Source: Felis catus
Lineage: Eukaryota
Assembly (NCBI RefSeq): GCF_018350175.1
Contig: NC_058369.1
Coordinates: 12,216,001 to 12,280,000, forward strand
Direction of reading: 5' to 3'
Length of the DNA: 64,000 nt
In this document: positions 10,961-23,402 of the stretch, piece by piece
How positions within the stretch are numbered: position 1 is the stretch's first letter
Layout of the letters: every line of letters starts with the position of its first letter
Made by a program: the position numbers and the translations under genes
Notes under the pieces: generated by a model
The model's database searches: none
Told to the model about the DNA's origin: nothing
Seen by the model: the letters and a program-made list of their open reading frames with translations, nothing else

Positions 10961-13318
10961 CAAAGTCAGAAGAAAGTGGTACCTTTGGAAGTGGCCAAAG
11001 GAAAACGTAACAAGCCAGTCAAGAACCACAGCCTGGGCCTCATTCAAAAGTGTGGCCTCCCTCAACCATCTTTTTCTCACAGGACGTATAGCTAAGTGGG
11101 CATGTTTTAAAATGCTGTCTCCACACCAAGAAACACGCTGGCTATTTGCATCTTGGGAGGAAATGAGCCGCTTATGCAGTTGGAACTACTAGAGCATATA
11201 TAACACTTTGCATTTTGTTTTAAAGTGCTTATTTCTAGAAACAAACAAGCACGTTTAAGCCGGAAGAAAAGACGATTTGCTTTTGAAGAGCACTTTTTTA
11301 TAGTGGAAAATGGCCCCGATGTGTGTGTGTTGGGGGGTGAGGGGGTACAACCTACACGGGAACAAGGCCCACTCCGTTTAGAAACAGTGAGTGTATTTTG
11401 GTTAATGAAGACACACCCTCAGTGAAAACACGAAGGTTTCACTGTGATATGAAAAAGCACAACATCCTCACTGAACCCGGCAGGTGTGTCGGCACCCGTG
11501 GGGCTGGCAAACATCCATTATTCCAACTGACCAAAGCCAAATGATTAAAGAGCTGGGGCTTCCGTAAAAATACAGACAACGGTCACAGGGCCATGACGTC
11601 AAAGGTGCCAGAGGAAGATTCCAGACAAGGCCCCCAGCACTCTGTGCTGCTTGACTTCGGAAAGCGGGATGGCTCCCGGAGGCCCTGGGCCAATGGGAAG
11701 CCACAGGCTCCTGAAGGACGACAAACACCCCTGTCCTCTGATGAATGCGGGATGATTTTTCTTACCTGGGGAAGATGACCTGGAGCCTCCAACCTATCTA
11801 GTAGGATAGGTTGGGTCTCCCTCCCCAAGGCGGGAAGACCAAGCGGGTTCTTAGGCAAGTAAGTATCGCAAATACTGCGGAAGCGTGCGGCTCCGTAAGG
11901 ACGTCACAGTGCAAACACGCGAGCTGCAGTCGCCCAACAGACGTCCGACGGGCCTCTCACACACAGATAAATAGGATGGGGTGTCCTGATCTCAAGAAGC
12001 CGGGCAGCCAAGACGGAAAATTACCCTCTCACGCTGTACCCTGGGGGAAGGAATGGATCTCACCCCAGAAGAAGAGAGATGATGTCCTGGGTACAGTAGC
12101 ACATTAAGAATGGCAGCTTGGTCTCAGAACGAAAGCTTCTATTTAGTTAGAAATTAGCACTGATTTACAAGTTGGTGTTTTTTGGGGTTTTTTTTTTTTG
12201 ATGTTTTTAATCATCACTTGGAAGCCTGCCAACTAACAGTGGACAATGGCAGAGAAGAGGCTGTGACTCTAGACGCTTTGGCTGTGAGCCCCCTGAACTG
12301 AAAGCCAGGTCTGTAATCTCTTTCTCAGGTGCAATTATTTGCCTAAGGTAGCAATCGCTCCCTCCCCTTCCAAGGAGAAGCCTAAAAAGACCCCAGCAGG
12401 ATTCACATACGTGAGGTAACCACCAGTGGTTCTGAGTCCATTTCACGGATTCAGAGCAGAAAATTAGGCTTCCCCTGGTACAGAGATGCCATAAACTCCA
12501 CCAGCCACTGACCACCTATCAATGAGAACTGAGCCACCTGCCACTTGGGAGACACGGGTGCAGCAGATGAGCACTGGGGTAAATGACAGGTCCCTTAGCA
12601 GAGGGTAAAATACCTTGAACATGGAGTTCAGTAACTAGTCCTGAGTTCTGCACTTCTTAAGAAACAGATGTGACAACTCTGAAAGGAGTTTCTGTGACTC
12701 TCCTTCCCTTTAGCTAGGGGTTGGGCAGTAGTGTGCTGATGAACCAGCTCTCTGGGGGGGGAAAAAAAAGGCCCTGATTGGCAGCTTCGTCCTGTCAATT
12801 CCCATGGTGCAAATACTCCCACTGTGGCTGAATTCAAGTCACCAAAAGTTAAACAATCAGGTTACAAAATTCCTATTTAATAATCAGCTCTGGAAAGTCA
12901 ATAAAAATGGTTCCAGCACGCCAGTGGGGCTGGATGAGATGACAAACCAATCTTTCATGATAAGGTCTTGGCGAGGCTGAAGTTGGGGATGATTTATTGC
13001 CTTTTCCTACTAGATAGGTTGGTTGAGTGCTGCCTTCAAGAGCCAGAGGCCAGTATCATTGTCGGATGAGAGACAAGAAATAAATCTGGCTTTAAGAAGC
13101 CTCAGTCTTTGGGACAAAGTAACACGGTATGAGCTGAAAACTAAAGTTAGTGACTTCAGTAGACCTGCCCAGCCGTAGAAACTTCTGGATGCCCCTCTTT
13201 GGTTACAGTATTCTCAGGGAACTAAACCCCTCACTGTCACCCACCTCAAAGAGAACTAATTGCTCTCTGAAGCAGTCTCGAAACATTCAAGAGCAAACAA
13301 AAAGCCCTCTTCGAAGTG

Positions 13319-13324
13319 TTTATT
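13319..13324 (-). terminator. Candidate intronic poly(A) signal in intron 16
   Basis: AATAAA on the minus strand with UGUA and U-rich sequence upstream and CTTTTTGTTTGCTCTTG downstream. Confidence 0.6.
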
Positions 13325-14984
13325 AAGAAAAGGAAACAAACCGAAAAATGCTTTAAAAACTGTATTTGTACAACAAGATAAATATAGTTTTTGAGACACC
13401 GGTTGCAAGTTGCTATGTAACATATCTGACATCGACATTCCAGAATGAATTGCCTATCATGTAAACTTTGCCCCGCTCACAAGATGAACAGAAATGAGGA
13501 AAAGATGAAAAATCTGTGGGGGGCGGGGGGAGGGAAAATCACTGGCCACTTGCAAACTGCCAACTTTTTATCCAGGAAACCAATCTTATTCGAACGTGCA
13601 AAAGGGTTTAAGCTGTTCCACAAACCAAGATGAAGGAGGGCAAGCGGAAAGCTGTGCGAGGGGGCCAGTGACAGACGGGAAAAGTAAAATCAGGGTCATG
13701 AAGCTGAAATGCACACACTGAGCGGCCAGCCAGCCAAGCGGGCAGTTCTGTCTCACCCAGCGAACGAAGAGTGGACAGTCGTAGTCTGAACTCGGACAAT
13801 CAAGCTGACGGTGGGCTCAAGAGCAGATACGGAATTCACCCGTTTACAATTCCGTGAGGAAAAGGAATCTGTGAGCGGCAGAGGGAGGCAGTGAGAGCCC
13901 AAGACAGGAGACAGATGAGGACACCAACAGCATCTTCTAAGCGATTCGGGGAAGGAGGTATAAGCTTCCCCATAAATTCTTAGGACTGACTACTTGGCTA
14001 CTGAGGAAAGAAACAGGTCAAGAAATGAACGTGAAGAGCCAAGACTCAAGTTGAGAAAGAGAGACAGAGAGACAGAGAGACAGAGAGAAGCTGTGTGACT
14101 ACAGGAAGAAGAAGGAATCCACGAAGCCCAGGGCCAGGAGCAAGACAGTTCAGAGGAGTGGCCCCGGACGAGGGGGCAGCAACATGGGGTGAGAGGTCAA
14201 AAGGCTTTGGGAGCAGAGCACAGTGAAACGACCGAGACCAAGAGCATCCCATCGGCTCTGTCAGGAGCACAAAGATGCTGTCATCGGCCAAGCTAAAGCG
14301 GAAATGGCACACGCTGGGGCTCGGCCACAAGGGCAGGCGCTGGCAGGAAAAAGGGGACGTGATGATATGGGGAAAAAGGGACACTGGCTGGATGTCAGCA
14401 GCCCGAGTCCACAGCACCCTGGGACTTAATCAAGGCCCCTGGGGTCATAAGAGCCCAGGTTTTCAGCACACCCCAAAGTGCAGGAGAGGGGCCAGTTCAC
14501 AGGGCAAACAGCAGTGCCTCAAAGGGCTGTCATTTGTCTTGATCTTCACAAATACATTTGGTTTTCAAGGTGCTCCTTGTGGGAACACGGACACACACAC
14601 ACATTTCTCCCATGCCCCGCCCTCCGCCCCCAACTAGTAGGATGTAGGGTTTCACATGTGTGAGCCTGATCCACTTTTGGTTAAGTTTGGGAAAGCCCTC
14701 TGAATTTGGGTGGCTGGCTCACCGAAGACAAGTATCTTTAAAAACTGGTCTTACAAAGGATTCAGGCCTATCCTTGGCTTCGCCCGGGAAGCGAGGATGG
14801 TGCACAGCCACGTACCCCGGGCTGCAGGGCCTGTGTGGACACGCAAAGCAGCAGCGAAAACAAGAAACACCCTGCATTTGGACAAAATCAAGGCTGCCGA
14901 GTGCCGGATCCAGCAAGCAGGGCGTTCTCTGATCCCAACGTGGGACCTAATCCCAGGACTGCAATACGCTTATTCAACCTTTAC

Positions 14985-15149
14985 CATGGCTCCAAAACCG
15001 CCCCTCTCTGTCAGGGAGATGGCTTCGCTCAGGTCGGCTAAGTTGGTCAGGCTGGCACCGTGGGCCCCGTCGAGCACCTCGTCATACTGCTCCAGGGTCC
15101 TGTGGGCTTCTTGGTGGCTTTCATGCAGCTGGGACAGCTTGCTTCTTGC
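14985..15149 (-). CDS. EPS15L1: Exon 16, [55 protein letters not shown]
   Basis: 165 nt; gtgtag|GCA, ATG|gtaaag; translated by hand. Confidence 0.95.
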
Positions 15150-15663
15150 CTACACGACAAAGATTGCTGACATCACATGGGGTTTAGGGGAAAGGTGTCA
15201 GGAGAGATATTTTTTTTCTCCTAACGTCCAACCCTATTGTCCAACTCCGTTCACATGGGGAACTGAATTACTCGCCTACACAGTAGAGGACCCCAAGTGA
15301 CACGACTTGTAAACCACGAGGTCCTTGTTGCTGCTCCTGAGGCCTCTTTATATCCCTGACCCCTGAGAGGGGCCTGTGTTCAAACAAACATCTGTCAATT
15401 CTGAAAAGAACTGAAATTGGTAAAAATCCACATTCACGATCTGTTCCAAGTGATAGTAAACATTTCTCCTTTATGGGGTTTTATCACCCTGTCACTGCTC
15501 CTTGTCCTGGACAGGGATGTGAGGCCGGGGAAAGGAGGACAATCCATGAAGTCAGACAGACCAGGAATGTTATCTTAACTGTCTCATCCTGTGTGAGACA
15601 CTGTGTGACCTCTGGCGAGTGACCTAACCTCTCTGTTAGCTCTTCTCCAAAAAGGACCACAGG

Positions 15664-15891
15664 GGGGCGCCTGGGTGGCTCAGTCGGTTAAGCGGCCGAC
15701 TTCAGCTCAGGTCACGATCTCGCGGTCCGTGAGTTCGAGCCCCACGTCGGGCTCTGGGCTGATGGCTCAGAGCCTGGAGCCTGCTTCCGATTCTGTGTCT
15801 CCCTCTCTCTCTCTGCCCCTCCCCCGTTCATGCTCTGTCTCTCTCTGTCTCAAAAATAAATAAAACGTTAAAAAAAAAATTTTAAAAAAAA
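15664..15891 (+). mobile_element. Young felid CAN-SINE
   Basis: Full length, CpG-rich; TSD aaaaaggaccacagg at 15649-15663 and 15887-15901. Confidence 0.93.
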
Positions 15892-16921
15892 GGACCACAG
15901 GAAGCGATGGGTAAAACACCTCCTGTAGCATCTGGAAGGGTGGGCATTAATACATGGCAGTGAACATCACTATTACTGTTATTACTAACATACGCGCATG
16001 GCTTGGATCCTGTCTATGTTACACAAACTCCAATTGCTCGGATGGAAAAGACCTAAGATAATCTCAGATCTAAGAAACAATGAAACACAACACAGGGAAT
16101 GAAATCCCGCGTACGTGTTTGCGATCAACTATTGTCTGCAACCTGGCAAAAAGAGCAAGGGATCGAGTCGGTCAAGAGAGGAAGCACAGCTGGCCACTGT
16201 AGTAGTGCCAAGGGCAAGCATCACGCCCGTCTGTCGATGGGACACCCAAGGGCCGGCAAGGAGGCCTTGGGCTGTTACATACAGGGGAGCGGGAGGGAAG
16301 CCCGCCCTCTGCTGGCGAGCAGCGGCTGCAGGCCCCAGGGCCTTCACACCAAAGCGGGATAAAGATGGGGTGCCCAGACAGCCTGCAGAACTGGAACAGG
16401 GCCCCACGTGGGGTGATGCTCATCACAGGGTGGGGCCTCAGCAATGTGCCAGTCCTCAGATGGCACAGGGACAGAGAGGTGCTGGAAAATGTCTCGGACT
16501 CTGTCCCTCTCGCTGGTCTGAGAACCGTGCTGGGGAGGGCATTTCTACACCCAAGACTCTCTCCAAAGGAACCACTGAAGTCCTCACACAGACCCTGCCC
16601 ATTCCCCAAAGAGGACGTGCGCCCAGGTGGGGAAGTGGAAGGACAGCGAGGCACAGCAAACAGCCCGCAGGCCAAAGTCAACGTGATGCCGGAGCACACG
16701 CTGCGGGACGCTGGGTGCTTGACCTCCAGGCCAGGACGACAGCTTCTAAGAAAAGAGCCTGACATAAACGGGCTGGGTGAGAGCCAAGGTAACAAGCGGC
16801 CTCTGTGCAGGCTGGTCACACACCCCAACGTGACAGCTCACCGCAGCTGCTCCGCTCGCAAGAAGGCCCCAGAAGACCCCCGGCCACCAGCAGAGGCAAG
16901 GCCCCGCCCTCAGGGAGATAC

Positions 16922-17119
16922 CTGGTTGATTTCGTCCTGCGTCGATTTCAGGGACTTGATGATGGTTTCCAGCTGAACTTTCCCGGCCTGAATGCTCTGC
17001 TCCAGCTGGGTTTCTTCCTGCTGCAATCGGTTCAGCTCCGATTTGGCCCGGTTCAGGTCGTCTTCCTGGGACTTGAGGTCAGATTCCTGAGACTGGATTT
17101 GGGTCTTCAATGAGGAAAT
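16922..17119 (-). CDS. EPS15L1: Exon 15, [15 protein letters not shown]...KSTQDEINQ (coiled coil)
   Basis: 198 nt; tttcag|ATT, CAG|gtatct. Confidence 0.96.
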
Positions 17120-17743
17120 CTGAAATGAGATGAAATATGACAAAAGGAGGAGTCTTAATTCACATCATTGGAACAAGCAGACCCAGTGAGGCAGACTCCT
17201 GCCTGGTGGCCGGACACCTGGGCTTCCTTCCAGGGCCCTCTCTCCACTCGCAAAACAGAAGGAAACAAGGCAGACGTGCAAATGCCCATGGAACTGACAG
17301 AAAGCCAATTTTGGAGTAAGTCAGTTTTGAGGCCTGGGATAAGCAAAGGCAGTCTACCTGTCTCTCAGGGGCTAAACATCCCCGTGCAAGGCCTCAGAGG
17401 AGGGGATGAGGGCTTTCAATCTGCTGAGCTTGTAGCCTCCCCGGTTTATAATGAGCAGTGAAGACACCAGACGGTCGCAGGGGCGGAGGAGGAGCATGCT
17501 GGCCCCAGGGTGCTGTGAGGCACCAGCCAGGGTGAGGTTAGTGGGGACCAAGGCGTTCACTGTATGACTTGGTGGGTGGAGACTGAGGTCAGGCCACAGA
17601 TGCCTGGACACTTTTTCAAATGATATGTCCACAACTCGATTAAACCAGTAGGACGCCTCAGCCTTGTGTTTGCAGGTCGTCGCGAGCCCACAGGAAGCCC
17701 CCCCCCCCCCCCCCCCCCCCGCCATGCTGGGCGTGAGACTCAC

Positions 17744-17905
17744 CATCTGAGTCTCGTCCTGGCACTTCTGCCTGACGTCGCTCAGCATGTCTCGGAGCTT
17801 GGCCTTCTGCTGATCCATTTCGTCGAGGCGGTCTTGGGCGTCCTGCTTCTGAGCTTCCAGCTCTTGCAAACTGCTCGTTTCCCGGTCTAAGTCATTTTGC
17901 AATTC
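17744..17905 (-). CDS. EPS15L1: Exon 14, [14 protein letters not shown]...[10 protein letters not shown] (coiled coil)
   Basis: 162 nt; gcttag|GAA, ATG|gtgagt. Confidence 0.96.
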
Positions 17906-19599
17906 CTAAGCAAGAGTTCAGTCAATGTACTTGAGCATGGGGGATGGGGAGCATGTCCAAGACAGCAGTCTCAGCCTGGGCTAGAGCCCCCTGGATGTCC
18001 TACGAGACCGGCCCCTGCCCGTCGGCAGGCATCCTGTGCACACTTGCTGTAAATGTGTGCATCTCAGTGGGCGGCCGTGGCGTGACCTCTCACTAAGCCC
18101 CTTGGCAAGTATTTACTGATGGCCTGAGAGTGGCCAGGGTCCGGGAGAGTAGCTGGGTCCCACCAAGAAGAGCTATCCGGTGACATGTGGTCAGGGGTGG
18201 GGAGGGGAGAGGCATCACCCAAACACAAACAAACTGGGAGGAACAGAACCGACAGAATGTACGGGTGCTGCTGGGTGGACTCGGGGCGGGGGGTGGGGGC
18301 ACAGGGAGACCAGACTGACACTGCACGGAAGTGGGGAAGCGGGTGTGGGGCTCCAGCTCCAGCAAAAGGAAGCAGGGCCACGCAGGAAGCCCCCGCAGGA
18401 CGTTCAAGTATGAGCGTGGGACAGGATGATTCTCCACTGTTGACGTTGCTCCAAATCGGCAGTATCTACCCAGACGACCAGTAAAGGTACCCTCAGACCC
18501 GACCAGGACACCCCTAGGAAGAGCACCCTGGGGGTGTATGGTGCACGTGAAAACATGCAGTCTGTGGGAGCAAAACCTGGGAACCAAGTAAATTCCCACC
18601 AGGCGGGCCTGGCTCACAACTTACGGCGTGCTCGTACCCTAAAGGAAGCTGCACCTCATACTCGAGTTACGACGTGAAGCCCGTGGCCAAGCACATGTGT
18701 ACGCTGCATTCTGGCGTTCGTGCCAACAGGAAGGAAAGAACACGCACGCGACCTTTCTGGAAGGCCTCGTGGGAGCTAACTGACGACATCTCTGACAGAC
18801 CGACAAAAGGAGCAGGGAGGGGACCTGGGCCACGAGGAGATGGTGGCCGTGAGAATCAAAGCAAGGGAAAGATTTGAGGGGACCTCTGTGGGTAAGGGAG
18901 GACAGAGACGATGAGGCCGATCCCCAGGGCCGGGCCGGCTGGGGCTTTGCTGGTGCCATTTTAGGAGAAAACCCAAAGCAGGCACAGGGCCTCCTCTCTG
19001 CCTTGAGGACGAAAATGTCATGGCTCTCGCCACTCTAGACAGCCAAAACACACCTCTGAGTTGTGCTGCGGAGCTAGGCCCTCTCTTCCCCAGTCTCCCT
19101 GCCCCTGACCTCGAATTCAAGAAGTGGAACTTCAGTGTTCAAGTCTGGGGAAGGGAAGAGGATGGGGGCAGGGAGTCCCAGACACAGGTTTGCCACATCT
19201 GAGGGAACAACAAGTGACGGAGGAAGAGGACACAGAGCAGGGAAGAGGGCCAGGCCTGCTGTGGTGGCCTGAAACATCAAGGAATCTGAGCCTCATTCTG
19301 TAACGAAGGAGGGGGAATCCAAGAGCCCAATGGGGACGAAGACCCAGCTCATGATCAGGATGGGAGCTGGGGTCAGAATGTGGGAGGTGTCTGAGCAAAG
19401 AGAACCAAGAAATAACCCAGAGAACCTGCAGACTTAATTCAAACCCCCCTGGAATCCCCAGCTGGCTCCTGCACAGAAACGGACAAGCTGAGGCCAAAAT
19501 TCATAAGGAAATGCAAGGGATTTGGAAACGCCAAAACAATCTCGAAGGAGAAGGAAAAAAAGTTGGAGAACTTCTACTTTTCAGTTTCAAAACTTACTA

Positions 19600-20066
19600 C
19601 AGACATACCTCAGATATATTGTGGGTCTGGTTCCAAATCACTGCAATATAGCACGTGTTGCAAGAGTGAGTCAAATGACTTTTTGAGTTCCCAAGTGCAT
19701 GCAAAAGTTATGTTTACACTACACCACAGTTTAAGTGTGCAACAGTGTTATGTCTAAAAAACAACGTACACACCTTAATTAAAAAATATTTTATTATTAA
19801 AAAATGCTAATCATCACCTGAGCTTTCAGGGAGTCGTAATCTCTGAACACAGATCACCATAACAAATATAATAATAACGAAAAACATTGAAAGATTGCGA
19901 GAATTACCAAAATGGGACACAGAGACACAAAGTGAGCAAATGCTACTGGGAAAATGGTGCCGATAAATTCACTTGACGGAGAGTTGCCACAAACCTTCAA
20001 TTTGTAAAACAAAAACAAAACAAAACACACAGAATCTGTAAAGCACAATAAAATGACATATGCCTA
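19600..20066 (-). mobile_element. Internally deleted Tigger1-type DNA transposon (TcMar)
   Basis: Ends cagacatacctc... and ...catatgccta resemble the Tigger1 terminal inverted repeat CAGGCATACCTC; TA on both sides. Confidence 0.8.
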
Positions 20067-20384
20067 TACAAAGCTATAGTCATCAAGACAGCATAGTACT
20101 GACCTAAAGAGAAATGCGTGTGGAACAATGGGATAGAACAGAGAGTCCAGAAATAAAGCCACACATCGATGGCCAAGTGATAGTCGACAAGGGTGCCAAG
20201 GCATTTGTTCAACGGGGAAAGAACAGTTTCTTCAACAAATGGTGCTGGGACAACTGGATCTCCACATGCAAAAGAATAAAGTTGGATCCCTACCTCACAC
20301 CATATGCCAAAATTAGCTCAAAACAGACCAAAGATCTGAATGTAGGAGGTAAAACAATAAAGTCTTAGAAGAAAACATAAGGTA

Positions 20385-20602
20385 GGGGCACCTGAATGGC
20401 TCAGTCAGTTAAGCGTCCGACTTCGGCTCAGGTCACCATCTCTTGATTCGTGAGTTCGAGCCCCACATCCGGCTCTGTGCTGATGGCTCAGAGCCTGGAG
20501 CCTGCTTTGGATTCTGTGTCTCCCTCTCTCTCTGCCCCTCTCCTGCTCGCACTCTCTCTCTCTCAAAAATAAACGTTTAAAAAAATAAAAAATAAAAATA
20601 AA
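20385..20602 (+). mobile_element. CAN-SINE inside L1
   Basis: SINE head and tail; agaagaaaacat repeated on both flanks. Confidence 0.9.
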
Positions 20603-23299
20603 GAAGAAAACATGGGGTAAAATCTTTGTGACCCTGAATTTGACAATGAGTTCTTAAGTAAGACATTAAAAGCAAAAGCAGAAAAAAAAAAAAGGAATAA
20701 ACTGGACTTCACCAAAATTTAAAGCTTTTGTGCTTCAAAGGACACTATCAAGAAAGTAAAAAGACAACCCACAATTTTTGCAAATCACATATCTGATGAA
20801 GAAATTCTACCCAGAAAATATAAAGAACTCTTACAACTCAGCTATCAAAAGACAAAAAAAATAAATAAATAAATAATGGTCAAAGGGTCTGAATAGAAAT
20901 GTCTATTCAAAAGGTACACAGATGGCCAATAAGCACATGAAAAGATGCTTGGGGCACTTGGGTGGCGTAGTCAGTTAAGCGTCCAGCTCTTGATTTTGGC
21001 AGAAGGAAGGAAAGAAGGAAGGAGGGAAGGAAGGAAAAACCAGGCAGACACTACGGGTGCTCACCAGAAGGACAGCGATGGAAATAGAGGTAAAAGACTC
21101 CAGGAGGACAGGGAAAGGGCACAATGGGAACAGAGCTGTGGGGGCTGAAGCTTCTGCTGCTTATAGCCTGAGGACAAAGGACTCGCACTCCATGAGGGGC
21201 CCTGACCCACAGACTGTGCTAGCCGGCACGGCCAGACCCATCTGGGGACAGGTGGCAGGAACCCCAACCAAACCTGGTTTTCACAGGGGAACTTTCAAAA
21301 AATACGTAGTGTTCTGTCTGTGCCATCAAGCACTACAGCAGGGCCCCAGCCCGGCCTGCTTACAGACGACGCCCCCGCAGAACAGCCAGTCTGGCTGGCT
21401 TAGGGCTCCCTCCCAGCTCTGGGGGGCTGTCGGGGCACACAAGGACCCCGGCACCTCGAAGGCTGCAGGAGCCCACCAGCCAGGGCTCCAGGCAGCCTGG
21501 CCGCACCTGCCACAGACCACAGAGGACAGCGCCTCCGGATGTCAGAACCAGTCTCTGCACAGGCCCGACTTCTTCCTCAGATCACCTGGAGCAGGCGCCA
21601 GAGACCTCATGATGGTTTCCTTGGTGGCGACAGGACATTATAGCACCAGGATCCTCAGGGACCAGAATAAAAAACCAAAGCATGTTCATGGCAACCCGGA
21701 CGCGATAGGAAGGCAGAACCAGCCACACGTCCGTGTCACCCAGGCCCGGGCGGGAGGGAAGACGAGGCCGGCTCCACCAGAGGACTAAAAAGATGGAGTG
21801 AGGTGACACAGATGATGGAAGCGGGGCGTGGGCTCTACGTCTGGGGGAGCAGTTCTAGGACACGGGCGGAAATCAGAGATGTGAGGGAGAATAAAATGAC
21901 AGGATGAAAGTACATACATTCAGAGAAATAAAGTCACTTTGCTTACAAGGTGGTCTTGTAGCTGAAGAAGCTCATTTGAGCAAAAAACCCTTCATGTCAG
22001 AGGCAGGCCAGTCCCTGCTTTCCAATCCAAAACATTCCAGGAGACCACCTACGGCCTAGTCCTCACGGCCAACGTGCACAGAGTGAGAAGCCAGAAAAGA
22101 AGGGTCTGGATACTGCACGGCAGGCACTGATGAGTGTCCTGAGACAGGGTGGGCACACCCACCCCACCTCACCCGCAGACCACAGCTAGGACGGACGGCA
22201 TTTCCCACAGATCGACGGAACGCGTCCTCCAGCACCCTGAGAGCCCAAGTGAGTCAGATGGTACTTACTTCCCCCGGCTCCGGTTCACGCCCTAGGAGGT
22301 GGTCCAGAGAGAACCGGCCACTCTCGCAGCGCACCCGGCAGCCAGCCCCTGCTCTCGGCTCCGTGAGCAGCCCGCGCGCTGAGCCTCGTGGCCAGCTGAG
22401 GTGATGCAGGCCAGGAGGCCGAGCTACCTGCCCAGGTCACTCAGGTGAGACACGGCGGAGCTGGGGTCCTGACCACCTCGCCAGGCTCCTCTCCGGCCAC
22501 AGCTCGGAGCTCAGAACACTCAGAGTCCTCGAGCAGAGGACGCCGGTCCCTGCGGCATGACTCGGCCTCACCCACAGGGCGCCACAGCCACCTCTAGTGT
22601 CCCCACAGTGGCAGGGCTTTCTCTATCCACCCAGACTGGAGACCGTGGGGACCAGGTCTCTTCAACAGTGTAGCTGCCCAGTGCTGATGGCTTTGCTCCT
22701 GATGCAGACTGCCCTCTGCTCAAATGATGGAGAAGAGCAGGAAGCGGCCCAAGTGAGCCCTGAGCAGGTGCCAGACTTTGCTTCCCAGCCCCACAACTCA
22801 GGAAAGCAGAACTCTCGTAACCAATGCAGTACAAGACCCGGAGATGTTCAGTAACTTGCCCAAGGTCACACAGCTACAGAGAACTGGGTCTGAGCCCAGG
22901 CAGCCAGGCCCCCAGTCTCTGTGTCACCACCACCTGCTAGGAGACGCTCCAGGAGGCGGGACTGTCCGAGAACAGGTTAGCAGCCACTGTCTGAGCCTCA
23001 GAAACTGAGATTCGAGTGAAAAAAGCCAGACACAAAAGGCCTCACGTTGAACGTCCAGAGCAGGAATGTCCATGGAGACACAAAGCAGATCAGTAGTTGC
23101 CGGGGTGGGGAGTGGGGAGGGCAGTGGCAATGGAGTGTGAGGACTACACGTCATGGGGTTTCTTTGGGGGTGATGGAAATGTTCTGGAACTAGACAGAGG
23201 GGACAGCTAAGGATCACACCAAACATGCAAAAAACCAATGAACTACTTGTTCTAAAGTAGCAAATTTTATGTTATGTGAATTATGTAGCTCAATGGAAA

Positions 23300-23371
23300 A
23301 GAGAGACAGAGAGAGAAAGAGAGAGAGAGAGAGAGAAAGAAAAAAGAAAAGAAAAGAAAAGAAAAGAAAAG

Positions 23372-23402
<31 letters not shown>

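Larger units (their letters stand above)
19430..20950 (+). mobile_element. L1 ORF2 fragment interrupted by a Tigger element and a SINE
   Basis: ORF 20114-20368 (FFNKWCWDNWISTCKRIKLDPYLTPY) is L1 ORF2 sequence. Confidence 0.88.

Noticed and set aside
15664..15745. tRNA-like A and B boxes
   Set aside because: These are the tRNA-derived SINE head, not tRNA genes
15675..15863. Recurrent MAQSVKRPTSAQV... ORF family
   Set aside because: Translations of CAN-SINEs, not a gene family
21057..21788. 243-aa plus-strand ORF, the longest in the track
   Set aside because: Non-ATG start, no recognisable domain, composition typical of GC-rich intron
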